Source: Octopus bimaculoides
Taxonomy: Eukaryota
Length of the DNA: 32,007 nt
NCBI RefSeq assembly: GCF_001194135.2
Contig: NC_068985.1
Coordinates: forward strand, 112,132,476 to 112,164,482
Direction: 5' to 3'
Part shown: positions 18,391 to 29,576 of the stretch, in pieces
How positions within the stretch are numbered: position 1 is the first letter of the stretch
Layout: each line of letters begins with the position of its first letter
The notes under the pieces: model-generated
Database searches by the model: none
The model's input: the letters and a program-made list of their open reading frames with translations, nothing else
What the model was told of the DNA's origin: nothing
Position numbers and translations under genes: made by a program

Positions 18391-21300
18391 CCAGGAAAGC
18401 GCATAAAATGGGGGATCAAAGACTGGGTACTGCTCTGAATTTTAATTTTATACTGGCAAAAGAGACAGTAATAAATCCAGTAATGTGCACAACTCTTCTA
18501 TAATACTATTTTGTTGTATACCCAATTGAATATTATCTAATAACCCATTTTCTATAGCGATGTTTGAACAAAAATTTAAATAATTTTATATTTTGTTGAA
18601 TTTACCTGTAATTAAAGTCACTTTGTGACAAAAATTTTGATATGGAATTGGTTGAGAACCTTTCGTTAATTTATCTTCCAAAAATCACATTAATATGTTA
18701 AATAAAAAAGTTAGAGTTGTTTAATGAAACCAGCCTAAATTTATTGAAACACATAAGGGGTGTAATTCGGTTAGAAATATGGTAACGAAAGGGTTAAATA
18801 CATATAATGGTAGTGTTGCCAATACTGATAGAACAATCTTGTAGAATAGCAGGTGTGATCTGCTGAACTCTTATTCTCAGTGTGTCTTGCCTCTAGTTTA
18901 GCTGATAGCCATTCTGCACATCTTGATGCCTTGTCGCGCAACAGTTAATTCCGTCTTGGATCATCCAGTTTACTTTTGTATTCTTGTAGTTGTCCCCCCG
19001 TGTGGAAGTAGTATGTAGCATGCTTTTTTATTTTTCACAACCACTGCAGTGGTTCACGAGATGGTTGTAATCTGTACACAGTTAGATAGGAACTAAAAAA
19101 AAAAGAAATATTAACTCATTGTACATGTACATACTGAATTTGTAAAACCAAAGGGAAATAAATCAAATAAGGTGGTTTTCATGCCTCATCTGACACCACT
19201 GTTATGCAGCATTGCTGTAATTTTCTTGTTTTAGACTCACTGCCATTATTCTTGAAATGGTGTTGCAATAGCTTGTGTATCTGGTAATAGAGACAGAGAG
19301 AAAGATAACCAGCTTGCCTTTTAATAATCAGTAATCCAATGTGTTAATGTCTGAAAATACAGGGGCAACAAAACATTGCAGCATTTCAACATATCGATCC
19401 ATGGCAACAGTCTGATCCCCTCTATTGGACACATGTACCAACTAAGCTAGTTGGTGCATTATTTTCCTTGTTCCATCTTTGGGTGGGGTAGTTGGTTGTA
19501 ATTATATATTTGGTAAGCAGTCTTGATAATGTAAATTTTACTAAATTATTTTCAAAATTAATTGCAAAAAAAAAAAAATATTATATTGTTGTCCTAATCT
19601 TGATTGTTTCGTCCATGTACACTCCACCCTTCTTCAGGTGTCTTGTTGTATCAGAATTCCAAACCTAACCCTTTATTTGATCTACAGATGTAGACTGTTC
19701 TCATTCCACTCTGCATTTTGTGACATTTTTCCCCTTTGGTTGAATTATGTGAATTAGCAGAACCCCGTGAGTAATTCACAGAATTAATTGTAAACTTCGG
19801 TTATTTCTGAAAATTTTATCAAACCCTGGAAGCGTAGCCTCGTGCACGATTTTATAGAATTAATACACCTTCTCCTTTCTTATCTCTGCTTTTTCCCTTA
19901 ATTAATCATGTGAAAGCATTACAGGTGGGCTAAGTAACAGGAACAGGCAGAATTATGAGACTACCATAGTGCCTAGCCTGGATTTGAACTTAAAACTTTC
20001 AGGTGACTGCTTTTTGTTGAAACTAGCCAAATCTGGCCTCACCCCAATCCTACAATGTCATTCAAAAACATTAAGTTAGCTAACCAAAGTCTCATGCTTC
20101 TTTATTCACATCATGCATCAAACTTGAAGCTATAACTTTTGTCAAAGTTATTTGTCTGGTAGAGTGGGTTGGATAGTTTAAAAAAAAAAGATAACAAAAC
20201 AAGATTATTTATTTGTACAAATTCTTTTATTCAATATCAGTTATGCTGTCAGAGACATATCCATAGGTCAAGTGGACCAAGTAAGAAAAACCAGGGGAGG
20301 GGGGCTATGAACTTAAATTACAGAGATCGTCAGGAGTTTGCCAGTAGGAAAAAAAAAAGTTCCTTGTAGTGGAGTGGGGGTCGTCTGGGACCACTTTGGA
20401 GAACAGAAACAAAGAATTGGGGGAGTTAGTTTGACATGATTTTTCGTAGTAGTGGTAAGAGTAGAGATTGGGAGTGGGTGAAGTTGTATAGGAAGACAAG
20501 GGTATTATTTTGAAGAAGAAGCACATTTGAAGAGCATTTAAAGTGAATGTGAAGCACGAAAGCTTTACATCTCAGGCAGCGATGGAACACACCAAAAAAT
20601 GGAAATGAATTTGGGTTTTGTGTGTACATACATATATATAAAGGGGAGCCCCCCAAAAAAGTCACAGAGGGTCTAAACCTTTGAGGTTTTAGTAAATTTG
20701 TTTTAATTACATTTTTTTTTATGTGTAATTCACAAACTGTGGCTCTTCTCGTATATACTGTATGAGATGCTAAGTTATCGTAAATTTAAAACGGCATAGA
20801 TGAATTATTAACACCTTTGTGACTTGGGGTCACCCTGTACATATATGTGGGGTGGGTTAATGACAGTTGCTGGCACCACCCCCGTTTATCTTCATTCATT
20901 TCTTAAGGCTGTCAGTGTGGCTGGTCTGTTTTATTTGTGCTTTTTTTTGCTTTTAATTTTTTTACAGCTAATTTATAAAGCCAATAGATTAAGCTAACCA
21001 TTGCATAATTATATTGATCACTTTTGATCTGCTTATAGAGAAGCAGAAATAAATAGCAAAGCTGGCAGATGCGAAACATTATGTAAAGGATAGGAAGGTG
21101 ACGGCAACACCACTCAAGAACTGATACACTGAGATTTATGCAGATTGAGTTACGTAATGATAGCATGGCTTGGTTGGTTGTAGAAAAGCTTTTGTTTTTT
21201 TCTCAAAGAAATTGTTAGAAGCAAGAACTGCATTTTACTTAAATTGCACTAATAGGAATTACCCAGGTGCTTACTGCATCAGCTTCCTATACCCAGGATC

Positions 21301-24171
21301 AATTGAAATTGTCAGGGTGTCACCAGATCTCTATCCCACGTTCTCCACAGGTTGTTCTTCAAAATAACATTTTCCCAATACGTTGAAAAATTATCGAAAG
21401 TAAAAATGGTATGTGAGTATTACATGCAGCATGAAATCACTCTACATAGGATTATTTCGTATTGGAAAAAAACTTTGCCGCATTACATTCTGTGTATGCA
21501 CCAACATGCCCCAATTATGATGACTTCACATTGACTGACACACAAAACTATAAATTATAGATAGAAGGAAGGGTGTATATATATATATATATACATATAA
21601 TCAATTGAATAGACCTTCCAATACATAACTGGTATTTCTCAAAATAATGTGACATACACAAACATCTACTGAGATACAGACAGAGCAGGCATTGTATGAC
21701 AAGAGAATTATTTGTATCAATTAAACAAAGTACCCCTGAAGTTGAAGATACTTGTGCCCTATTTAGTTAGTCCACCATATATACAGGTTATGCTACATAC
21801 AATGTCTAGGTATGTATAATTATATTTTTATTCCAGGGGTGACTGGTTCCAAAGGAGGCATGTCCAGCCACATAGAATAAAGATCTCAAAGATTAATCTG
21901 AGAGACGGTGAAATTTTTAATCCATAATTGTTATTCCAACAAAATACATTTTGTCAGACTACTAACAATTATGGATTTAATATTTGAATTACATTTATAT
22001 ACACAGGCACATATGACCGAGATAACAGGATGTTGGTCTACCAGCTGAATGGTTTGGTACATTAGATGCGAATAATGCTACCAATAGTCTCTGTGACAAA
22101 GCTACTGAGCTGCATCAAGTTACCCAGCTCTCTAAATAGGTACGGTTTGTTTCTAAGAAATAGAAGACTTTTGTTAATGCCGAGATCGAGCGTTCCAAGA
22201 GAGTTGTGACTAGAAAAGCTAACAGGCACATTGTCGCAGAAGTTAAATATCCTGTTCATACTTCATCTACACTTACACATATGCACAATATTCTTTAAAA
22301 TGCCATCATAGGACTGGACCGCCTGGCCAGATCAAAACAGTAAGAATGGCCACAATAGTCAATCTTAATAAAAAATATACTTACTCTATTACAAGTATTG
22401 AGTTTTTATCACTTCGTTTGTAACAAATACTTTACGATAGAAAGTCTTACATTGAATTTTAAGAAGTTTCAACCTCACGAAAACAATTGCTGGGGTGGTT
22501 TGGTGTGGACGTTATCATACAAGGTTTCGTTGCCACCCCATATAAAGCGCTACTGTTATTTCAGTATGCTCTTAAAAATTAAACCCTGCAAATTAAACTG
22601 TTGCATTACATGATGCCAGGACAGTTGGTCCAGCGCAGAGTTTACCTGTAACAACTACTATACATGACAGGAGTCAACAGTGTGTCTGCATGCACATGTA
22701 TGCATACGTAAGTCAAATGGCCTTCTGTTCACACACAGATGAATACAAGATATGTACACAAGTGAAAATGTATACATACTGTTTATGTATACATAAAATT
22801 TACATACATACGTGAGAGGACCAAAGTTAGAACTAGCTTAACCAGTTATTGTATATTGTGCCTTCGTCATACATACTTTTAACATACACACACATATATA
22901 CATACATGGGTATTTAAGATGTCAAAAAAAAAAAAAAGTCTTATGACCTCATGTTTCTCTAAAACGAAATGAGACTTCTTAATATAACAAAAGAATTGAA
23001 ATGAAGAAGAAAAAGCTGGATGTGCACAAATCGTGTAGATCACACAGGAATTGTAGGATATAGCTACATTAACTTGAAGCATGATAGTCATCAAAGAGAG
23101 AGCAACATTGCAATTCTTACTAACTTTTCTGCAAAAATGACCTTTTTTACATATAGAGATCTCTCTTATATGCAATCTGCAAAACAGAACATTCACTTTG
23201 GAGAGTTAATTTACAATATATATATATATATATACATGCACACACACACATACACTTTGCTATGTATGCTTGGGAAGGGTGTGTGTATATAAATTTTTAT
23301 AACATTTATTCATAGTTTTCTTGCAGTTCGCTTCCATTATACTACAAGCTCTCTGCAGATTTAATGCATTCACTTTTTATCTGCAGAGCTCTTTCATTGG
23401 CTGAAAAAAATAAAATTATGAATAAATCTGAAAATTTCTTTGGAATTGTTAACATACTGGTCTATAAGTTTATATATGTATGTTTGTGTGTGTATATATA
23501 TATATTTATATATATATATATATATGCATACTGGAGCAAGTGGTTTTGTTGCTGAATAGCCTTTCTACTTAACCACCTGGCTATAAAGTAAAAGAAGTAT
23601 GAGGAAGGCGGGACTTGTTTCATAATCAGTCAAATCAAAACTAGAGCAAGTAGACCTTAAGTGCCTTGCTCAAGAGTAAAATTTGAATGGTTGGAAGCAA
23701 TTCAAAAGTTGCTTGGTGTCTCATAATAACAGAACCAAATTTGATGAAGCAAAAGCAATATTATTTATTTTATACATATATATGTATTGTAACTGCGAAT
23801 GCCTAATGGTGTTAGGAGAGAGAAAGAGGATTTTGATTAGACTAAACACTGCTGAGAGTTAGCTGTTCCGGGTGACCAACTGACTGCCGATTAGAAGGGA
23901 AAGATGTCGTGGTTGACTGCATCACCTGATGTAAATTCACATTTAAAGGTGAGGGACGATGGGTGGGGGCTAGGGAGAGGGGTCCAAAGAGAGGTAATAA
24001 GCTTGTCCTGTTTTGTATTGAACTGCGGAAGGGAAAGGTATCAGAATTATTAGGAAATAGCAAGAAAGGGGTGGCATTTATATGACTTTCTCTCAAGACA
24101 CGTGAAGAATGTCAGCAACTGCCAATAAATTATTTCAATCCCCATATGGAGTTTTTTTTTGGGGGGGGGGG

Positions 24172-24369
24172 NNNNNNNNNNNNNNNNNNNNNNNNNNNNN
24201 NNNNNNNNNNNNNNNNNNNNNNNNNNNNNNNNNNNNNNNNNNNNNNNNNNNNNNNNNNNNNNNNNNNNNNNNNNNNNNNNNNNNNNNNNNNNNNNNNNNN
24301 NNNNNNNNNNNNNNNNNNNNNNNNNNNNNNNNNNNNNNNNNNNNNNNNNNNNNNNNNNNNNNNNNNNNN
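24172..24369. other. Assembly gap (N run)
   Basis: 198 N after a poly-G run. Confidence 1.
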
Positions 24370-24616
24370 TGCAACAACAAGAACAACAATTAATAAAACA
24401 AGGTCGTCAATGTGATAAAATATCGATTATTCGCTTGTATTCTTGTTTATAAATTACTAACCTACACTGGCATGGCAGCGTGCACCATTTTCTTCTTTTT
24501 TTTCTTCTTTTACCAGCGTTGCATACAACAAACTATACATCTAAGAACACGCACATACATGTGTCTCTACACGTACATACATGTATTCACATTCATGCAA
24601 CCACATGTGAATGCAC

Positions 24617-24649
<33 letters not shown>

Positions 24650-24839
24650 TCCACATTTACTTTCACCCACGATTTTGTATTTTAAGAGCCAAGATACATT
24701 TACAAAAGATTTACAAACAGAAAAAAATAAATGAGAAAAAAAAATTCTATAATTTATACAATGGTAGGGGGGAACATGGGATTTTGGTTTAGGGGACTAG
24801 CTGGAGGAGAGAAACCATTATTTGGCATGAATTCTGGTT

Positions 24840-25593
24840 AATAATAATAATAGTAATAATAATAATAATAGTAGTAGGTGTGTGGAGGTTCTGTGAGGAA
24901 GAAGACATCACACAAAAAAAAAAAAATTCCTTCGTAAAGGTTTAAAAACTAAATGCTATTCATGTGATGCTACTATCGATGATGATGATGATGATGGTGG
25001 TAGTAGTAGTGATTGTGATAATGTTGATGATAATGATGATGATGATGAAATCACTATGTTTGAGCAGTTGCACATTGTCACGCTTCACATGTGTTCATCG
25101 CCCGAAAAGAATTTTCAAAAAAAAAAAAATTTTTTTTTTCAATCTTAAATGTTGTTCCACATGACTTAATAAATTTGTAAAATTTTACGACAAATTTTAA
25201 AAAAAGAAAAATTTTACAAACAAACCATAAAAATAAAAAATAAATATTAGCCCAGACACAGCTTGTTTCTAAGTTCAAGAGCAGCTGTTGGAATTAACAA
25301 AAAAAAAAAAATTTTTTTTTTTTCATAATATAATAATAATAATAATGGTTATCATTATTATTATTAACATTTCTAACAGGCACAAGGCCAGAAATTTGGG
25401 AAAGGAGGGGGGAGTTAATTAAGTCGATCAAGTTGACTCCAGAATATAACTGGTACATTATTTCGTTAACCATAAACGAATAAAAGATAGAAGTCGACCA
25501 TGGCGAGTTTCAAAGTCTGAATATAAAGGGACGTAACTAAATACCACAAGATATTCAATCCAAGCTTTACTGTATGTGTGTATGTATATATGC

Positions 25594-25625
<32 letters not shown>

Positions 25626-25800
25626 ATATATATATAGACACGTTTTGTGTGTGTGTATACACACATATGTATGTATATATATATACACACATTTGTGTTA
25701 AGTTTGTTTATGTGTATATATATATATATATACATATTTATACATACATACATATAAATGTCAATCCACCACCACTTTTTAAATATTAATAATAGTAATG
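24840..25800. repeat. Cluster of simple repeats: (AAT)n, (GAT)n, (TA)n/(TG)n, poly-A/T
   Basis: Seen directly, e.g. 24840-24870, 24976-25050, 25325-25345, 25570-25755. Confidence 0.85.
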
Positions 25801-25948
25801 AAATACGGTAGCAGCAGCAACAATAATAGTTAAAGTGTTAGTGGTGGTGGTGGTGGTCTGGAATAATAATAGTTCAAGTGGAGAGGTGTGTGTGTGTGTG
25901 TCGGTATGTGTGGTACGTGGAGATGGACAATGGCGAAGGCAACGTCTC

Positions 25949-26051
25949 TTAACTTAGTTCCAACATAGCATCGAGTTCTTCGGTGAGGTTCTGTAGCATG
26001 TTGTCTATGTCATGTAGAACATTCCCTGTCTCTGTGGTAGCAGGTTTGCTA
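25949..26051 (-). CDS. CASKIN: Caskin-like gene, terminal coding exon
   Basis: Strong pyrimidine tract and CAG acceptor; encodes SKPATTETGNVLHDIDNMLQNLTEELDAMLELS*, matching the caskin C-terminal motif (L.DI..M...L..(E/Q)LDAML). Confidence 0.85.
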
Positions 26052-26218
26052 CTGGAATCGGACAAATAAAAAGAAAAGAAAGAAACATTATACACGAGGA
26101 ACATAGGGAATTATAAAAACTTGGGAACTTTCTAAACATATATATTCACACATAAAAACGTATATACACTTATCATCACCAACACTTTTATACACACACG
26201 CACACATATATATATAGA

Positions 26219-26389
26219 TAAAGAAGTGATTTTAAATTCTCAATCGCAGAATAATGCTAATAATATAGCCTGAACAGGATAAACTAGCTAGCCACCTACA
26301 CTTTTCTCTGCAAAATAGGGGTAGTTTATCCTGTTCAGGCTATATTATTAGCATTATTCTGCGATTGAGAATTTAAAATCACTTCTTTA
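26219..26389. repeat. Perfect 68-bp inverted repeat with a 35-nt spacer (foldback / TA-flanked MITE-like)
   Basis: 26219-26286 is the exact reverse complement of 26322-26389; both outer ends are TA. Confidence 0.95.
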
Positions 26390-26490
26390 ACTTTCTAAAA
26401 GACATCTCAACGCTTCTAAAAGCAAACTTCGTTTGTTTATTTACGTTTGTCGTAATTTGAATTTAATATATATAGACATATATACACATT

Positions 26491-27395
26491 GAGAGACGAC
26501 TGCGCGAGTATGGACATGTGGCAAGAATGGATGAGGATAGCTGTGTGAAAAAGTGCCACACCCTAGCAGTTGAGGGAACCTGTGGAAGAGGTAGACCCAG
26601 GATGAGGTGGTGAAGCGCGACCTTCGAACTTTAGGCCTCCCTGAGGCAATGACCAGTGACCGGAACCTTTGGAAATATGCAGTACGTGAGAAGACCCGGC
26701 AGGCAAGTGAGAGCATAATCTGTGGCCTCTGCCAGAAGTGTAGCCAGCTCGCTAATCTGTATCTTTACCTCATTGGACACTAAAAACCCAGCTTGCAAAG
26801 AGCTGTTGAGGCAAGTGAATTTGGAATTTGAAATCTGAAATCGAACCGAATCCAACGACTGGCACCCATGCCAACCTCTCCATCTTTGGACACTAAACTC
26901 TGCTTGCTAAGACCTGTTGGGGCAAGTGAAATCGTAATTGAAACATACTCGATGACTGGTCACCGCGCCAGTGGAGCACTAATAGCACTGTCGAGCGTGT
27001 TCATTGCCAGAGCAGCTGTCTGGCTTCCGTGCTAGTGGCCTGTAAATAGCACCATTAGAGCGTAATCGTTACCAGCGTTGCCTTCTAGCACTTGTGCTGG
27101 TGGCACATTAGAAAAGGTCGTTGCCAGTACTGCTGGACTGGCTCCCGTGCAGGTAGCACATAAAAAACACCTTTTTGAGTGTGGCCATTGCCAGTACCAT
27201 GTGACTGGCCCTCATGCTGGTGGCATGCAAAAGCACCCACTATACTCTTGGAGTAGTTGGCGTTAGGAAGGGCATCCAGCTGTAGAAACTCTGCCAGATT
27301 AGATTGGAGCCTGGTGCAGCCTTCTGGTTTGCCAGTCCTCAGTCAAATCGTCCAATCCATGCTAGCATGGAAATAGGACGTTAAACGATGATGAT
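26491..27395 (+). mobile_element. 5'-truncated RTE-clade LINE (ORF2 C-terminus plus 3' UTR)
   Basis: ERRLREYGHVARMDEDSCVKKCHTLAVEGTCGRGRP/DEVVKRDLRTLGLPEAMTSDRNLWKYAV (one frameshift), ending in a (GAT)n tail. Confidence 0.8.
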
Positions 27396-27421
27396 ATATA
27401 TATATGTATATATATATATAC

Positions 27422-27452
<31 letters not shown>

Positions 27453-27765
27453 GGTGCAGGCATGACTGTGGTAAGACACTTGCTTCACTGTGTCTTTTAC
27501 TACAGCCTCGGGCCGACCAGAGCCTTGTGAGTTGATTTGGAAGATGGAAACTGAAAGAAGCCTGTTGTATGTATGTATTTATGTGTCTGTGTTTGTCCCC
27601 CATCACTGCTTGATGGCTGGTGTTGGTGTGTTTACATTTCTGTAACTTAGTGGTTCAGCAAAAGAGACTGATAGTATAAGTACAGGGCTTTAAAACAGTT
27701 AAGTTCCAGGGGCTCGGTTTGGCTGCAGTCAAATGACCAAAACAAGTAAAAAAAAATAAAAGAAT
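27453..27765 (+). mobile_element. tRNA-derived SINE (deleted copy)
   Basis: Shares AGCCTCGGGCCGACC..GCCTTGTGAG..GATTTGG..GAAACTGAAAGAAGCC and the GCAGTCAAATGAC tail. Confidence 0.75.
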
Positions 27766-27986
27766 ATATCTTCGACCTGGTGAGTAGCTATAGCAGTACC
27801 CCTCCATTCAGGTAATTACTAGTTCTGAGCTTCCGCTAGCTAGGAAATATATGTAACCTGAATTTTACCTGTTCCATTCCCTAAATTTTGGATTTTTATT
27901 CGCATACACAACAACCACAGTTGCTAACCGTGAACTATAAAATAACTTTTTGCAGATTATTGAACTTTGATATGGGAAAAATTTAC

Positions 27987-28342
27987 GTGGCAGTGCGGTA
28001 AGTAGCTTGCTTACCAGCCACATGGTTCCCGGTTCAGTCCCACTGCGTGGCACCTTGGGCAAGTGTCTTCTACTATAGCCTCGGGCTGACCAAAGCCTTG
28101 TGAGTGGATTTGGTAGATAGAAACTGAAAGAAGCCTGTCGTATATATATGTGTGTTTGTCCCCCCAACATTGCTTGACAACCGATGCTGGTGTGTTTACG
28201 TTCCCATAACTTAGCGGTTTGGCAAAAAAGACCGATAGAATAAGTACTAGGCATCCAAAGAATAAGTTCTGGGGTCGATTTGCTCGACTAAAGGCGGTGC
28301 TCCAGCATGGCCGCAGTCAAATGACTGAAACAAGTAAAAGAG
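27987..28342 (+). mobile_element. tRNA-derived SINE, near full length
   Basis: GGTAAGTAGCTTGCTTACC..CCACATGGTTCCCGGTTCAGTCCCACTG head and GCAGTCAAATGACTGAAACAAGTAAAAG tail. Confidence 0.85.
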
Positions 28343-28451
28343 TAGTTGTTTTTTTATACCTTCTACAGATTGCTCAAAGCTTACTAACTTCCTACACCTT
28401 GATCCTTGGATCTTACCATTAGATACAATTATATATAATTCACATGCACAG

Positions 28452-28822
28452 ACAGGAGTGGCTGTGTGGTAAGTAGCTTGCTTACCAACCACATGGTTCC
28501 AGAGACAGTCCCACTGCATGGCACCTTGGGCAAGTGTCTTCTACTATAGCCTCGTGCCGACCAAAGCCATGTGAGTGGATTTGGTAGACGGAATCTGAAA
28601 AGAAGCCCGTCGTATATATATATGTGTTTGTCCTCCCAACATCGCTTGACAACTGATGCTGGTGTGTTTACGTCCCCGTAACTTAGCGGTTCGGCAAAAA
28701 GTGACCGATAGAATAAGTACTAGGCTTACAAAGAATAAGTCCTGAGGACGATTTGCTCGACTAAAGGCGGTGCTCCAGCACGGTCGCAGTCTAATGACTG
28801 AAACATGTAAAATAGTAAAGAG
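28452..28822 (+). mobile_element. tRNA-derived SINE, near full length
   Basis: Highly similar to 27987-28342. Confidence 0.85.
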
Positions 28823-29083
28823 AGACATGAAATAAAAGAAACAAAAATACTTTGCCCCATGCAACAACAACAGGAACGACCCAGAGGTTTTGGAAGCTTT
28901 TCCTCACAATGTTGGAAACTTCCATATCGTCAGCAAATATCTCAGTCATATAGACATACATAAATTTACACACACACACATATACATACATACACACAAA
29001 TGTGCTTCAATTTATTAACGATGTCAAAATATGTATACATAGTTATCTCCCTTGAATGGACCACAGAGAATCACAACACTTAC

Positions 29084-29213
29084 GGTTTGGGTGGCGGTTC
29101 CACGGGCTTCTTGGGTTCTACAGGCGGGGGTGTGGGTCTGAGTTTGGGTTTCGGTGCAATAATCGGCGATGCTGAAGCTTCATACTTCTTTGGCAACGGA
29201 GGCCGCTGGGGAG
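29084..29213 (-). CDS. CASKIN: Caskin-like gene, penultimate proline-rich exon
   Basis: TTGCAG| acceptor and |GTAAGT donor; phase 1 to phase 2 joins both neighbours in frame; encodes PQRPPLPKKYEASASPIIAPKPKLRPTPPPVEPKKPVEPPPK. Confidence 0.85.
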
Positions 29214-29321
29214 CTGCAACGAAGACGAGACAGTGAATGGATTCAGTAAAAATTCCGTTATTTACATGTTATTTATTATATACCGATTTTTGATGGCATT
29301 TGAGGGTGGAATGACCTAGTG

Positions 29322-29576
29322 CAGGGGTTTTCAAACTGTGGTCCGCAAGGACAAGACAGGGGGTCCGTGGACAGCAAATACTTTTTATGGGCAATTTGAT
29401 TTTATATATGTTTTTTAATCGAAATCTTTTAATTGACAATAAACCTATTTGTTAAATAAATAAATGTAAAAATATGTTATTTCAAGCAAATATTTATGTA
29501 TAAATTTCATAAGCGTTTATAAGGCAAAGCCTGAAATATAAAGGGGTCCGCAAGTCAAAAAGTTTGAAAACCCCTG
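29322..29576. mobile_element. hAT (Charlie-like) MITE
   Basis: Perfect 16-bp TIRs CAGGGGTTTTCAAACT / AGTTTGAAAACCCCTG; 8-bp TSD ACCTAGTG / ACCTAGCG with a central TA. Confidence 0.88.

Larger units (their letters stand above)
17466..18793 (+). mobile_element. Non-autonomous piggyBac element with a truncated transposase
   Basis: Perfect 14-bp TIRs CCCTTTCGTTACCA / TGGTAACGAAAGGG and TTAA TSDs at 17462-17465 and 18794-18797; transposase remnants MDTNFILSSSESEFEGF, NEIKAYFAINIIMG..LP.ITNYWS, DPLFKIRPLID. Confidence 0.92.
20205..25948 (-). other. Putative long 3' UTR of the caskin-like gene
   Basis: Follows the stop at 25949. Minus-strand AATAAA at 20226-20231 is followed by a U/GU-rich tract (plus-strand A-rich 20175-20203). 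No splice or coding signal was recognised in between. The extent is inferred. Confidence 0.4.
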
